Shown here: positions 1 through 10,665 of the stretch, in pieces | Layout: the number at the start of each line of letters is the position of its first letter | How positions within the stretch are numbered: the first letter of the stretch is position 1 | Assembly: GCF_010672305.1 (NCBI RefSeq) | Contig: NZ_JAAHGX010000014.1 | Span: 26,698-90,697 of the forward strand | DNA from: Okeania sp. SIO2G5 | GTDB taxonomy: Bacteria; Cyanobacteriota; Cyanobacteriia; Cyanobacteriales; Microcoleaceae | DNA: 64,000 bases | Reading direction: 5' to 3' | The notes under the pieces: generated by a model | Databases searched by the model: none | Told to the model about the DNA's origin: nothing | What the model saw: only the letters and a program-made list of their open reading frames with translations | Position numbers and translations under genes: made by a program

Positions 1-500
1 CTTTTCTGTAATGTGAATCGGCAAACGAATTGTACGACCTTTTTCTGCTATGGCCCTAGTTATGGCCTGGCGAATCCACCAATAAGCATAAGTGGAAAAT
101 CTATAACCCTTGGTAGGGTCAAATTTTTCTACCCCTCTCTGCATACCGATAGTGCCTTCCTGTATTAAGTCAAGCAAATCTACATTTCGTTTGATATACT
201 TTTTAGCAACAGATACTACCAATCGTAGATTGGCCTCGACCATTTTTCGTTTTGCTCTTTCACCTTCGCGAATAATTCGTTGCAATTCATAAGTCGATAA
301 TCTTGTTGCCTCAGCCCATTCTGCTATTGTCGGTTTGCGGCCTAAACTTTCGGTGAGGGTCTTATTTACTTCATGCAAAGCTGTGAAGCGTTGTACTTGT
401 TTTCCATAAAGAATTTCTTCTTCATGGGTTAATAGGGGGACACGGCCAATTTCTCTGAGGTAAGTGCGTACAGAATCGGTGTCTGAGGTTTTTGTCTTCA
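1..500 (-). CDS. RNA polymerase sigma-70 family factor (group-2-like); N-terminal about 166 aa in window, C-terminus runs off the window start
   Basis: Minus-strand frame from ATG (complement of 498-500) translates [34 protein letters not shown]...[41 protein letters not shown]...RTIRLPIH. These are the canonical sigma-70 regions 1.2, 2.1-2.4 and 3.0. Confidence 0.8.
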
Positions 501-1183
501 TAACTCTTCTCCCGCTAGATATCTCTACTGATAGGGTTTTGAGCGCCCTGTTTTGAGTTAGCAAGAAAAGCGGGCGGGTATTGCGCTTTCCTTGGATTTT
601 TTTTAAGAAGTTTGTTCTATGGCCATTTGATATAATTAATTTGGCCTACAGAAATTCTAAATTATAAATTTGATATTTCTGAGATTTTAGATCTGGTCAA
701 AAAACCAAATTATCTTTTATCTTTTGAATCTATTTGTAAGAATTTGTGGACAATAAAAGAAGTTTTACTATTTTTTGAGAATTTAGATTAGATTTTGACT
801 AAGATTCAAGTGCTTTAGTACAGAATCCAGATTGGATTGGCCTAAAGTACAGCTTTTTCGTTTCTTATCTATTCAGATAATTATGATGGCCTTTACACTA
901 CTCAATACTATGTTAAGAATGTTAACATTTATTACGTCTTATGGCTATACCTATAAGGATGATTTTTCAGATGAATGAGTTTAATTACCTAAATTAGTTA
1001 AATTATCTATAAGAGGGTACTCATAAATTCTTAAAAAAATTGCATCCTGCACAACAAAATCACAAAAATTTTGCAAAAATACTTAAACAAGGTCAAAAAA
1101 AGAGTATATGAAGTATATTTACTTGACTTTTGACTTTCAATTTTAAACTTTTGACTATCTTGAGTATGTCTTTAATTCTGTTT

Positions 1184-1211
1184 GCATAACATTTCGCAGC
1201 GAAATGTTTGC
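1184..1211. promoter_or_regulatory. Near-perfect 13-bp inverted repeat (GCATAACATTTCGC-A-GCGAAATGTTTGC) about 55 bp upstream of the Anbu-like ORF; candidate operator or hairpin
   Basis: Palindrome read directly from the sequence. No known binding motif recognised. Confidence 0.25.
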
Positions 1212-1265
1212 TCAGAATTACTTACTCGTTTTTGGCTTCCGCGAAGCGGTTGAGTTACTTAATAT

Positions 1266-1989
1266 ATGACTTATTGCCTTGGTATTATTACTGAATCTGG
1301 TATTGTAATGGCCTCTGACTCTCGTACTAATGCGGGAGTAGACTATATTTCCACTTACCTGAAGCTATTTGATTTTTCTCTGACTGGAGAGCGGGTTATC
1401 CTCATCAGCACTTCTGGAAATTTGTCAATTACTCAAGGAGTAATCACTGAACTAAAAAAAAGACTTCAAGATTTCTGAGGATACTAATCTTCATACTATT
1501 CCTACCCTTTACGAAATTGCTCGCTATATTGGGAGTAAAATTCGACAGATTCAAGAAAAAGACCGCTCTTGGCTACAAAAGGATCGAATTGACACTGGAT
1601 GCAGTATATTACTAGGGGGTCAAATTAAAGGACAAGATCCTGAATTATTTTTGATTTATTCTCAAGGGAATTGTATTTCTGCTACAAAAGAAACACCTTT
1701 TCTACAAATAGGTGAGACTAAGTATGGCAAACCAATTTTAGACCGTGCTTTAAGTTTTTATACTTTTTTAGAAGCTGCTGCTAAATGTGCTTTAGTTTCT
1801 CTAGATTCTACAATGAAATCTAATCTTTCTGTGGGACCTCCGATTAATTTGGTGATGTATGAAAAGGATAGTTTTCAAATTCGGCATCGCCTGCAAATGC
1901 GTCTGGGCGATCCTTATTTAGCTAAAGTGCGAAAGTTATGGGAGGAGTTTATCAAACAAGTTCTTGATGAAATGCCAGATTTAAACTGA
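1266..1989 (+). pseudogene. Anbu/HslV-like proteasome-type Ntn-hydrolase, interrupted by a +1/-1 frameshift at an A8 homopolymer (1453-1460)
   Basis: ORF 1266-1478 begins MTYCLGIITESGIVMASDSRTNAGVDYIST, which has the Thr-2 N-terminal nucleophile signature of Anbu/beta-subunit-like proteins. The frame is open from 1444 in the +1 frame through 1989 (…TIPTLYEIARYIG…). The two frames overlap only across the A8 run. Combined length is about 241 aa, typical for Anbu. Confidence 0.55.
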
Positions 1990-2039
1990 TTACATGATTC
2001 TCAAGAATCTCAGGAAGATATTTTGATTGATTGAACAAC

Positions 2040-2130
2040 ACAAGAGAGTGGAGGAGTGGGGGAGTGGGGGCGAACGGCCGTTTGCCCGTAGGAGTACAGG
2101 AGTCAGGGAGTGGGGGAGTGGGGGAGAAAT
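2040..2130. repeat. Short dispersed repeat cluster: GGGGAGT heptamer repeats flanking the imperfect palindrome GGGCGAACGGCCGTTTGCCC
   Basis: Direct reading. Related GTAGGGGCGAATGGCC(A)TTCGCCCCTAC palindromes also occur at about 5415-5445, 16258-16310 and 49442-49468. The six-frame ORF 2027-2248 is an artefact of this repeat. Confidence 0.6.
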
Positions 2131-2723
2131 AAACATCAGAATTACCACTTACACAGTACAACGTATTTCCGGAATGCTCCGCAAACGAGAACATCTCAAA
2201 AAAAATCTGCTGAAAGCTGTTTGCGCAGCATTCCGCAGGAAAAGCTGAACGCTGAGGTGCTTCTTTAATAATTTAAATGCTACCTAAGTTAAGCATTAAT
2301 TCATGGTAATTGGTATAAATTAATCGAATTAAGCGATCGCGCAAGTAGAACAGAATTCTATCCCTCTAATATAGTTTCACCCCCATCGCGGAGTGTCTTT
2401 TTGGACGATAAATCTTGATCGTTGGTAAAAAAATTTAGATGCGTTGTAATACTACAAGAACTTGGTTAGGACATTTTTCAATCCTAAAATCCTTTTACAG
2501 TTTGTGATTCCCTATTCCCTGATCCCTACTCCCTAGCGCGTAGGGCTATAATTTTTCAGTTTTCCCCATTTGTGGTTGTCAATAGTATAGTTAGAAAGAA
2601 TTGGTTAGGACATAGACTAATGACGAATCTTAGACTAGAAAATTTTTTTCCAACTGTCCCCTGTTCCCTGTTCCCTGTTCCCTGCTATACAATGTAACGG
2701 TTGTTTTAATTTTATTATAGAGT

Positions 2724-4019
2724 GTGATTGAACGTTACACCTTGCCCGAAATGGGTGAACTTTGGACTGAGAATGCCAAGCTAAAAACTTGGTTACAAGT
2801 AGAAATAGCTGTCTGTGAAGCTCAGGCAGAACTTGGGTATATACCTGCTGAGGCAGTAGAAGAAATCAAGGCCAAGGCTAATTTTGACCCAAAGCGGGTT
2901 CTCGAAATTGAGGCAGAAGTCCGCCATGATGTGATTGCTTTCTTGACAAATGTGAATGAGTATGTTGGTGATGTTGGGCGGTATATTCACTTAGGGTTGA
3001 CAAGTTCTGACGTTTTGGATACTGCATTAGCATTACAGATGGTTGCGAGTCTGGATCTGTTGTTGTCATGTGTTGAAGAGTTGGGACAAGCAATTCGCTA
3101 TCAGGCACAACAGCATCGGGAAACTGTGATGGTAGGTCGTTCCCATGGTATTCATGCGGAACCTATAACTTTTGGTTTTAAGTTGGCAGGATGGTTGGCA
3201 GAAGTTTGTCGCAACCGCCAGAGATTGGTAAAAATGCGTGATAATATTGCTGTGGGTAAGATTTCTGGAGCAGTGGGAACCTATGCAAATATTGACCCAC
3301 GAGTTGAGGCGATCGCCTGCCAAAAACTCGGACTTCAACCGGATACTGCATCTACTCAGGTAATTTCACGCGATCGCCATGCTGAGTATGTGCAAATTTT
3401 AGCGTTGCTCACTGCTTCTATAGAACGTTTTGCTGTAGAAGTTCGTAACCTTCAACGTACCGATGTTTTAGAGGTTGAGGAATATTTTTCTAAGCGTCAA
3501 AAAGGCTCGAGCGCCATGCCCCACAAACGCAACCCCATTCGTTCGGAAAGGTTAACGGGAATGGCGAGAATTGTGCGGGGTCATGCCGTTGCCGCTTTGG
3601 AAAATGTTGCTCTCTGGCACGAACGAGATATTTCCCATAGTTCTGTTGAAAGAGTGATTTTGCCGGATGCTTGCATTTTAACTCATTTTATGCTCAAAGA
3701 AACTACTAATTTAGTCAAAAATTTGTTAGTTTACCCAGAAAACATGAAGCGAAATATGAATGTTTATGGAGGGGTAATTTTTAGTCAGCGAGTGCTTTTG
3801 GCATTAGTAGAAAAAGGCATGATTCGAGAGGATGCTTATCAAATTGTTCAGTCTTGCGCCCATCAAGCTTGGAATCAACCAAATGGTAATTTTCAGGATT
3901 TAATTTGCAAAAATGAAGAAATTAAAAGTAAGTTATCTGAGGCAGAAATTGCAGCTTGTTTTGACCCGAAACATCATTTAAAACATTTGGATGATGTGTA
4001 TCAAAGATTAGGTATTTGA
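2724..4019 (+). CDS. purB: adenylosuccinate lyase
   Basis: 431 aa with GTG start. MIERYTLPEMGELWTENAKLKTWLQVEIAVCEAQAELGYIP...GLTSSDVLDTALALQ...SSAMPHKRNPIRSE are hallmark PurB/fumarate-lyase motifs. Confidence 0.95.
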   Translation: MIERYTLPEMGELWTENAKLKTWLQVEIAVCEAQAELGYIPAEAVEEIKAKANFDPKRVLEIEAEVRHDVIAFLTNVNEYVGDVGRYIHLGLTSSDVLDTALALQMVASLDLLLSCVEELGQAIRYQAQQHRETVMVGRSHGIHAEPITFGFKLAGWLAEVCRNRQRLVKMRDNIAVGKISGAVGTYANIDPRVEAIACQKLGLQPDTASTQVISRDRHAEYVQILALLTASIERFAVEVRNLQRTDVLEVEEYFSKRQKGSSAMPHKRNPIRSERLTGMARIVRGHAVAALENVALWHERDISHSSVERVILPDACILTHFMLKETTNLVKNLLVYPENMKRNMNVYGGVIFSQRVLLALVEKGMIREDAYQIVQSCAHQAWNQPNGNFQDLICKNEEIKSKLSEAEIAACFDPKHHLKHLDDVYQRLGI

Positions 4020-4538
4020 AGTTCAATTTTGAGTATGTAGAGATTTTTTTCCTTGATAGTGACTTTCAAATGTTGAGCGATCGAGATAAAATACACCAAG
4101 AAAATACTTGGCTGTTTTTACAAGTTAGGTTGAATTATTGAAGCTATAACTTACTTATTTATTCATACCAAATTTAACGCTATAATTTGGTAAAATTGTT
4201 TTTGGTTCTGAATTAATCAGTAATTCCAATTAAGAATTTCGGTAGCTCCTAAACTGAAGTTTCTATAAGAAAAAATCTCAATTTGTAGTTCCGCTAACTG
4301 CACCCAATTAAAGTAAGACCGGGTTGAGCGGAACTATGAGTTTGGTGATAATTAGTAAAAATTAATCACGCGCTAATCACGAAACTAATGCTCCAACAGC
4401 AACTGGTGGTGCTACTACTGCAACTATTGGAGCGATCGCTAATGCTTTACCAAGCTTACCTATTAGTAGACTAATAAGCTTAAAAATGTAGGTTGGGTTG
4501 AGCGGTAGCAAAACCCAACAAAAAGTTACTGGTTTTGA

Positions 4539-4856
4539 GTTTGTCTGAATCATGAGATTATTTTAGATATTCGCTATGCCACTACAAATAATTTCCTCAA
4601 CCAAAAATTATACCCTGTAGCAAAATGTGCTTGAAGAAAAGAAGTAGCAGAAAAATTATCACAAGTCCAGGCAGATTTAAAAATAATAGGATTAGGTTTA
4701 AAAGTTTATGATTGCTATCGACCTCTATCAGTGACAAAAAAGATGTGGGAAGTTTTGCCAGATTCTTGTTATTTTGCTAATCCTGAGAAAGGTTCTCGAC
4801 ATAATCGTGGTGCTGCAGTTGTCGTCTGCTTCTACTTGTTCCTCAATGATGCAAGT
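4539..4856 (+). pseudogene. VanX-like D-Ala-D-Ala dipeptidase (peptidase M15D) fragment lacking its N-terminus, with an in-frame TGA at 4632-4634 and a divergent C-terminus
   Basis: Translation reads ILDIRYATTNNFLNQKLYPVAKCA*RKEVAEKLSQVQADLKIIGLGLKVYDCYRPLSVTKKMWEVLPDSCYFANPEKGSRHNRGAAV, then diverges. No start codon is present. Confidence 0.5.
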
Positions 4857-4859
4857 TGA

Positions 4860-5079
4860 CCAGTTTCATAACGTGATGGCAGGTACGAGTATGGCAACGC
4901 CGTTTATTACTGGGTTGGTAGCGTTACTGTTGGAAAAGGAGCCGCAGTTAACCCCTGAAGAAATTAAGCAACGTTTGCATTCAAGTAGTTTTATTCCTGG
5001 AAAACCTGTTGGCAGTTTCGACCCAAAATGGGGTTTTGGTTTGATCGATGCTGAAAAATTATTGACGTTGGTGAATTAG
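4860..5079 (+). pseudogene. C-terminal fragment (about 70 aa) of an S8 subtilisin-like serine protease, juxtaposed to the VanX fragment
   Basis: …VMAGTSMATPFITGLVALLLEKEPQLTPEEIKQRL…GFGLIDAEKLL. GTSMATP is the catalytic-Ser motif of subtilases. The Asp and His catalytic regions are absent. Confidence 0.5.
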
Positions 5080-5990
5080 TGTATGATATTAATCTTAATT
5101 ATTTTAGGAGTCAACTCACCCCTCGCCCCTCCCCCTCCCAGGAGGGAAATTCAGGAGTCAGGAGTCAGGAGGCATCGAAGGAAGAGAATTGAGAAAGATT
5201 TAGCAATGACTAAAGATATAGCAGTATGCGCTAGTATATTCACAAATTGCAGGAACTACCCAATAGATAAAAGTCTGATATAACTCCTAAGAAATAGCCT
5301 AGCTATTTGCTGATAGTATTTCTCACAAACATCGATCGTGCTTGTTATTACTAATGATATTAAATCCGGTTGAATACTTATCATATATTTGGGAGTGGGG
5401 AGTAGGAGAGTAGGGGCGAATGGCATTAGCGAACGCTCTCAGTAGATTTAGTATCCGTGCAGAGGATCGGTTTTTCCCAGGCTGCTATTAAACAAATGGA
5501 CATGATATAAGTCCTAAAATATGTTTAAGAACTTATTAAGAATCTATATCAATAAAATTAAGGTTATGTTAGGTGATTTTTTGAATAAATTATAAATAAT
5601 ATCACCCATAAAAAAAAGGATTGTGCATGATGAACATTTCTTGCTACTAGGACTACTAAACTAATTGTTTCTTATATATCTCCTAGATTTTCCTGCTATT
5701 TCTTACTTGCTCTCCAACCCCAACTCAATTGATGTAACAGATACCCCTTAATAAAACTTCATATTTTATTGTTGATAAAAAATATTAATTGTGTTCAAAT
5801 AAAATTATTGATAATAAAGCTCAATTATAGTAGTCCTATTTCCGCTATGTAGAAAATATCCAACAGAGCAAAGGTATAAGGAATAATCATCATCAAAATT
5901 TTTATTCTACTTTGGGATTTTTACAAATTATTTAGGACTGCTATAGAGCCTTCTTTAACTGATCTTCATCAGACTGAGGACCAAATCTCT

Positions 5991-7091
5991 ATGCAAACAC
6001 TTGGCAATGAAGAAAGCAGCACCATGTCTACAACTAACGACAGTGGAGTTTTCTGGACACCTGTTTGGCGATCGCTAGGCTGGTATGTTGAGGCCACTGA
6101 AGAAGAAGGTGCAGCTTTATTAGGAGGTAATATCAGGTTCAAAGACCTCTCTGGGCAATTACTAGGTGCCCATGTAGCCCATGCTGGTTTAATCATGCTG
6201 TGGGCAGGTGCCATGACACTGTTTGAGCTATCTCAGTTTGACCCCAGCGTACCAATGTACGAGCAAAAACTAATATTACTACCTCATCTAGCAACATTAG
6301 GTATTGGTATCGAAGCAGGGGTACAAACAATCGACACCTATCCCTACTATGTCATCGGTATGCTGCATCTCATCAGTTCTGCTGTTTTGGGAGCAGGAGG
6401 TATCTACCATGCAGTTTTAGGGCCGAAACAGCTTGATGAGAAAGGTTTTGGCTACGACTGGGAAGATGGCAACAAGATGACTACTATTTTGGGTATTCAT
6501 CTAGTGCTGTTGGGGGTTGGAGCATCACTATTAGTCATTAAAGCAGTGATTTTAGGTGGTATTTACGACCCACTAATAGAACAAGTAAGGTTAATACAGC
6601 CTAATCTCGATCCCGTGAGAATTTTCGGTTATCTGTTTGGCTTTAGTCCTAATGGTTGGACAATTACTGGCATGGCTAGCGTAGATAATCTCGAAGATGT
6701 AATAGGCGGTCATGTTTGGGTCAGCCTACTCTGTATTGGAGGAGGTCTCTTTCACATTATTTCCAAACCTACAGGTTGGGCAAAAAAAATACTAATCTGG
6801 TCGGGAGAAGCTTACTTGTCCTACAGTTTAGGGGCACTTGCGATCGCAGGATTTAGCGTAGCTGTCTTTGTCTCCACTAACGAAATTGTTTATCCTAGCG
6901 TGTTTTACGGTCCTATTGGCAGCGACTCTGTGCGTTCTGCTCTTGCTAGCGTTCATGCTGGATTAGGTTTTTTAGCTTTGGTCGGACACTTATGGCACGC
7001 TTATCGAGCGCGAGCTGCTACTCGTAAAGTATTTTATGGAACCTTCTTTGACTTTATGGCTAAGAATGTCACACCTATTACACCTGCATGA
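5991..7091 (+). CDS. CP43'-family chlorophyll-binding protein (IsiA/Pcb-like), copy 1
   Basis: 366 aa. MQTLGN… start resembles Isi[47 protein letters not shown] is the psbC/isiA family signature. Six predicted TM helices. Confidence 0.9.
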   Translation: MQTLGNEESSTMSTTNDSGVFWTPVWRSLGWYVEATEEEGAALLGGNIRFKDLSGQLLGAHVAHAGLIMLWAGAMTLFELSQFDPSVPMYEQKLILLPHLATLGIGIEAGVQTIDTYPYYVIGMLHLISSAVLGAGGIYHAVLGPKQLDEKGFGYDWEDGNKMTTILGIHLVLLGVGASLLVIKAVILGGIYDPLIEQVRLIQPNLDPVRIFGYLFGFSPNGWTITGMASVDNLEDVIGGHVWVSLLCIGGGLFHIISKPTGWAKKILIWSGEAYLSYSLGALAIAGFSVAVFVSTNEIVYPSVFYGPIGSDSVRSALASVHAGLGFLALVGHLWHAYRARAATRKVFYGTFFDFMAKNVTPITPA

Positions 7092-7143
7092 ACATGAAGT
7101 CAAAATCTAAGTTCAATCACTAATAAGAAGGAGAACAACAGCA

Positions 7144-8175
7144 ATGACTGTAGTAACTGATGAGAATCTGCAAATCCCTTGGCGGGCAGGTAATGCTCGG
7201 CTTGTTGATCTATCCGGCAAGCTATTGGGCGCTCATGTAGCCCATGCCGGTCTAATTGTACTCTGGGCTGGAGCTATTACTTTGTTTGAAGTTGCCAACT
7301 TTGAACCCTCCCTACCGATGTACGAGCAGGGCTTAATTGTACTACCTAATCTAGCCCGCTTGGGAATTGGGGTTGGTGAAGGAGGTGCCGTTGTGGATAC
7401 TTACCCCTACTTCGTGATTGGGGCACTGCATTTGATTAGTTCAGCATTTTTGGGAGCAGGTGGAATGTTCCATGCTCTCAGAGGTCCTGCCAAGCTAGAG
7501 GGTACATTTTCCTTCTTTGGCTATAGCTGGGATAATCCAGGTAAAATGACAACTATCCTGGGTATACATCTAATGCTATTGGGAATCGGAGCCTTCTTAC
7601 TTGTGGCAAAGGCGATGGCATTTGGAGGATTATACGATCCAGTAGTTCAAAATGTAAGAGTCATATCAGATCCCACTCTAAATCCGATTACCATTTTCGG
7701 CTACTTATTTGGTACAGAAGGGAAATTCTGGCTTGCTGGTGTCAACTCTCTAGAGGATGTAGTAGGCGGTCATATATGGATTGGTGCTATCTGCATTTTG
7801 GGTGGTATCTGGCATATTCGCACCGTACCCTTTACCTGGGCTAAAGGCTTATTTGTCTGGTCTGGAGAAGCATATTTGTCTTACAGTATTGGCGCAGTTA
7901 GCTTAATGGCATTTATAGCAACATTGTTTGTGTCTGTTAACTCTCTAGTATTTCCCACAGAATTTTTCGGACCAACTTTGACTCTGGTGTTCGATCGCTT
8001 TCCTGTGTTTGTTAGCTCTGATGGGGCCTTGACTGCAAGAGTATGGTTAGCTAATGCCCACTTCTGGTTAGGATTTTTCTTCCTGCAAGGACATTTATTC
8101 CACGCCCTACGTGCAGCAGGCTATAGCTTCATCGAAGGCAGAGTAGTCACATTTACAAGAGGTCAAGTAAGCTAG
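7144..8175 (+). CDS. CP43'-family chlorophyll-binding protein (IsiA/Pcb-like), copy 2
   Basis: 343 aa, paralogous to the neighbouring genes ([28 protein letters not shown]…). AAGGAG Shine-Dalgarno 9 nt upstream of the start. Confidence 0.9.
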   Translation: MTVVTDENLQIPWRAGNARLVDLSGKLLGAHVAHAGLIVLWAGAITLFEVANFEPSLPMYEQGLIVLPNLARLGIGVGEGGAVVDTYPYFVIGALHLISSAFLGAGGMFHALRGPAKLEGTFSFFGYSWDNPGKMTTILGIHLMLLGIGAFLLVAKAMAFGGLYDPVVQNVRVISDPTLNPITIFGYLFGTEGKFWLAGVNSLEDVVGGHIWIGAICILGGIWHIRTVPFTWAKGLFVWSGEAYLSYSIGAVSLMAFIATLFVSVNSLVFPTEFFGPTLTLVFDRFPVFVSSDGALTARVWLANAHFWLGFFFLQGHLFHALRAAGYSFIEGRVVTFTRGQVS

Positions 8176-8177
8176 TT

Positions 8178-9743
8178 ATGACTGTCACTAAATCAAATCC
8201 ATTAAGGTTTTTAGGCTTTTCGACAGATGATAATATTGATGTTACGAACTATGTTGGAGATTCCCAAGAACCCTATTCCTGGTGGGCTGGTAATTTTCGC
8301 TTTGTTAACCTGTCTGGAAAGTTATTGGGAGCGCACATTGCTCATGCAGGGTTGATTGTACTCTGGGCTGGAGCAATGACTCTGTTTGAGCTATCACAAT
8401 TCGACCCTAGCCTTCCCATGTACGACCAAGGGCTGATTTTGCTGCCCCATTTGGCGACTCTGGGTATAGGGGTTGGAGCCAATGGTGAAATTATTGATAC
8501 TTATCCCTACTTGGCTATTGGTGTTGTCCATCTGGTTAGTTCAGCAATTCTAGGCGCTGGTGGGATTTACCATGCCGTGCTTGGACCTGACAAACTTGAT
8601 GAAAAAGGGTTTGGCTACAACTGGGAAGATGGCAAAAAAATGACTACTATCCTTGGTATTCATCTTCTGCTATTAGGGATGGGAGCATTTTTGCTAGTAG
8701 TCAAAGCTATGTATTTTGATGGTTTGTATGACCCGGCAGTAGCTGATGTGAGACTGATTACTCAACCTACTCTCAACCCACAGACTATCTTCGGTTACCT
8801 AGTAGGTATTACTCCTGACGGTTGGACTCTGAAGGGTATGGCTGCTGTCAACTCTCTAGAAGATGTGGTGGGCGGTCATATATGGATTGGTAGCATCTGT
8901 ATTCTAGGTGGTATCTGGCATATTACTACTGCTCCTACTAAATGGGCTAAGGGCTTATTTGTCTGGTCGGGAGAAGCATATCTTGCTTATAGTCAGGCAG
9001 CTCTGGCTTATATGGGCTTTTTCGCAGCCTACTTTGTCTGGGTGAATGATACAGTCTATCCTTCAGTATTTTATGGTCCTGTAGGTGTGACTAATGTTGA
9101 TGGTACAATCACTCCTCGTACCTGGCTGATGTTGTTCCAACTCATCTTTGCCTGTCTACTGTGGGCTGGCCACTTCTGGCATGGTCTCAGAGCTAGAGCG
9201 ATCGCTAGTGGATTTGTCTTCAGTAATCTGAAATTCAATCCTGGTGCCCTCTATGGAGACACTCAGTTTAATAACGAATCTCTAGTTACTGGTATTGTAC
9301 AGCCTTTCCAGAACAATCCTCAATTGGGTAATTTGGCAACCCCAATTAATTCCAGTCAGCTTACCATAACTTGGGTTAAGAACTTGCCAATTTACCGCAA
9401 TGGTTTATCTCCTATTGCACGGGGTCTAGAAATTGGCATGGCTCATGGCTACCTATTATTAGGGCCTTTTCTCAAGCTCGGACCATTGCGTAACACCGAC
9501 CAAGCTCTTCTGGCTGGAGGTGGTAGTGCATCTGGCTTAGTAGTGATTTTAAGTATCTGTCTGTTTGTTTATGGGGCGGTAGTGTTTCAAGGTTCTAGAG
9601 AACCAAGAGGCGTTTTACCGGAGAACCTACAAACTTATCAGGAATGGAGTTTGTTTACCTCTGGTTTTCTCATTGGAGGACTAGGCGGTGTAGTTTTTGC
9701 CTGCTTTATCCTTATAGAAATCGGGCGAGCGGGAATTTTGTAA
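8178..9743 (+). CDS. CP43'-family chlorophyll-binding protein fused to a C-terminal PsaL-like domain (Pcb-PsaL fusion type)
   Basis: 521 aa. The N-terminal 330 aa are Pcb/IsiA-like. The C-terminal about 170 aa (…[63 protein letters not shown]…) align to PsaL (…[29 protein letters not shown]…). The gene is translationally coupled to the previous gene (TAG..ATG, 2-bp gap). Confidence 0.85.
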   Translation: MTVTKSNPLRFLGFSTDDNIDVTNYVGDSQEPYSWWAGNFRFVNLSGKLLGAHIAHAGLIVLWAGAMTLFELSQFDPSLPMYDQGLILLPHLATLGIGVGANGEIIDTYPYLAIGVVHLVSSAILGAGGIYHAVLGPDKLDEKGFGYNWEDGKKMTTILGIHLLLLGMGAFLLVVKAMYFDGLYDPAVADVRLITQPTLNPQTIFGYLVGITPDGWTLKGMAAVNSLEDVVGGHIWIGSICILGGIWHITTAPTKWAKGLFVWSGEAYLAYSQAALAYMGFFAAYFVWVNDTVYPSVFYGPVGVTNVDGTITPRTWLMLFQLIFACLLWAGHFWHGLRARAIASGFVFSNLKFNPGALYGDTQFNNESLVTGIVQPFQNNPQLGNLATPINSSQLTITWVKNLPIYRNGLSPIARGLEIGMAHGYLLLGPFLKLGPLRNTDQALLAGGGSASGLVVILSICLFVYGAVVFQGSREPRGVLPENLQTYQEWSLFTSGFLIGGLGGVVFACFILIEIGRAGIL

Positions 9744-9953
9744 CTTTGTTTGCTTGAGCAGGGGAAGAAGGGCAGAAGTTAATATTCCTAATTTTTATCA
9801 GGAAAGGCAGAAGGCAGGAGGCAGTAGGCAGAAGGGAATTCTGACTCGCCTGTTACCTTTAGGGAACAAGGGTATAAAAACCCCATCCAATTGTTCCTTC
9901 TGCCCTCTGCTCTCAGCATAGCTGCCTTAGTTCATCGGAGATTTACTATGTTT

Positions 9954-10077
9954 CCTGCTCTATAAAACTGACACAAAGCGTCACATAACGTGACAAATTG
10001 ATGTTTACTTCCTGCTTCTTGTGAGGCCGTCGGCGGTTACTCATCCACAGGCATTGACGGTCAAGCCAACCGCATCT
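9954..10077 (+). repeat. Copy A of a roughly 120-bp dispersed element containing GTCACATAACGTGAC and a GC-rich stem region
   Basis: About 90 percent identical to 39223-39339 in the same orientation (CCTGCTCTATAAAACTG…GGCCGTCGGCGGTTACTCATCCACA…CCGCATCT). The ORFs 10021-10272 and 39124-39405 that overlap the copies are not conserved between them. Confidence 0.6.
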
Positions 10078-10665
10078 GTTGAGTCTATACCTACATTTAA
10101 GTCTTTGTCAATCAACATCAGAAAAAATCCTCAAACCCTGACTGCGCCCTTCCTAGTAGGGAGCGGGATTTCTTCTGAGGTCTATGTCTATATAGATAGA
10201 CTGCCAGAAATGTTTAAGTCGCGATTAGTGCAGAAGATACAAAGCGTCACCATCGTTACTACTTGCGTGTGAGAACTAGCGTATTATTTCGGTAAATTGC
10301 GCAAATTGTTAACTAAGTCGAAACTCTCCTGCTTCAGTTAACAGCTCAAATATGTTTTGACAACTCTATGACCTAGAAGTTGTTTGTAAATAATTATTTT
10401 GTAAATAATTATAAAGTTTTTTTACTCCTCACTAATTATAAATCTCCGATAATTAATCTCAAACCCTTGTACTACTTGGGCAAAAACTTCACTTCTGGAG
10501 ATGTATATTGAGTATTTCAGAGTACAAAGTTTGGAATAAATAACTAAATTAAAGGTGTTCCTTTACCTTACAAAAATTTACAAACAGTCTCTTTGGAATT
10601 TTTAGGTAATTCACTCTATGATATAGTCGAATCTTATAATTTTTAGTTTTTACAGGATTTTATCA

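Noticed and set aside
2027-2248. Six-frame ORFs at 2027-2248, 5083-5283, 24301-24534, 15016-15219 and 14734-14976
   Set aside because: They lie entirely within low-complexity short-dispersed-repeat and heptamer repeat tracts (GGGGAGT, CCTCCCAGGAGGG, CTCCTGTCTCC) and translate to repeat-driven low-complexity peptides.
10021-10272. ORFs overlapping the two copies of the 120-bp dispersed element (10021-10272 plus strand; 39124-39405 minus strand)
   Set aside because: Neither ORF is conserved between the two copies (a stop occurs in the other copy), so the element is non-coding.
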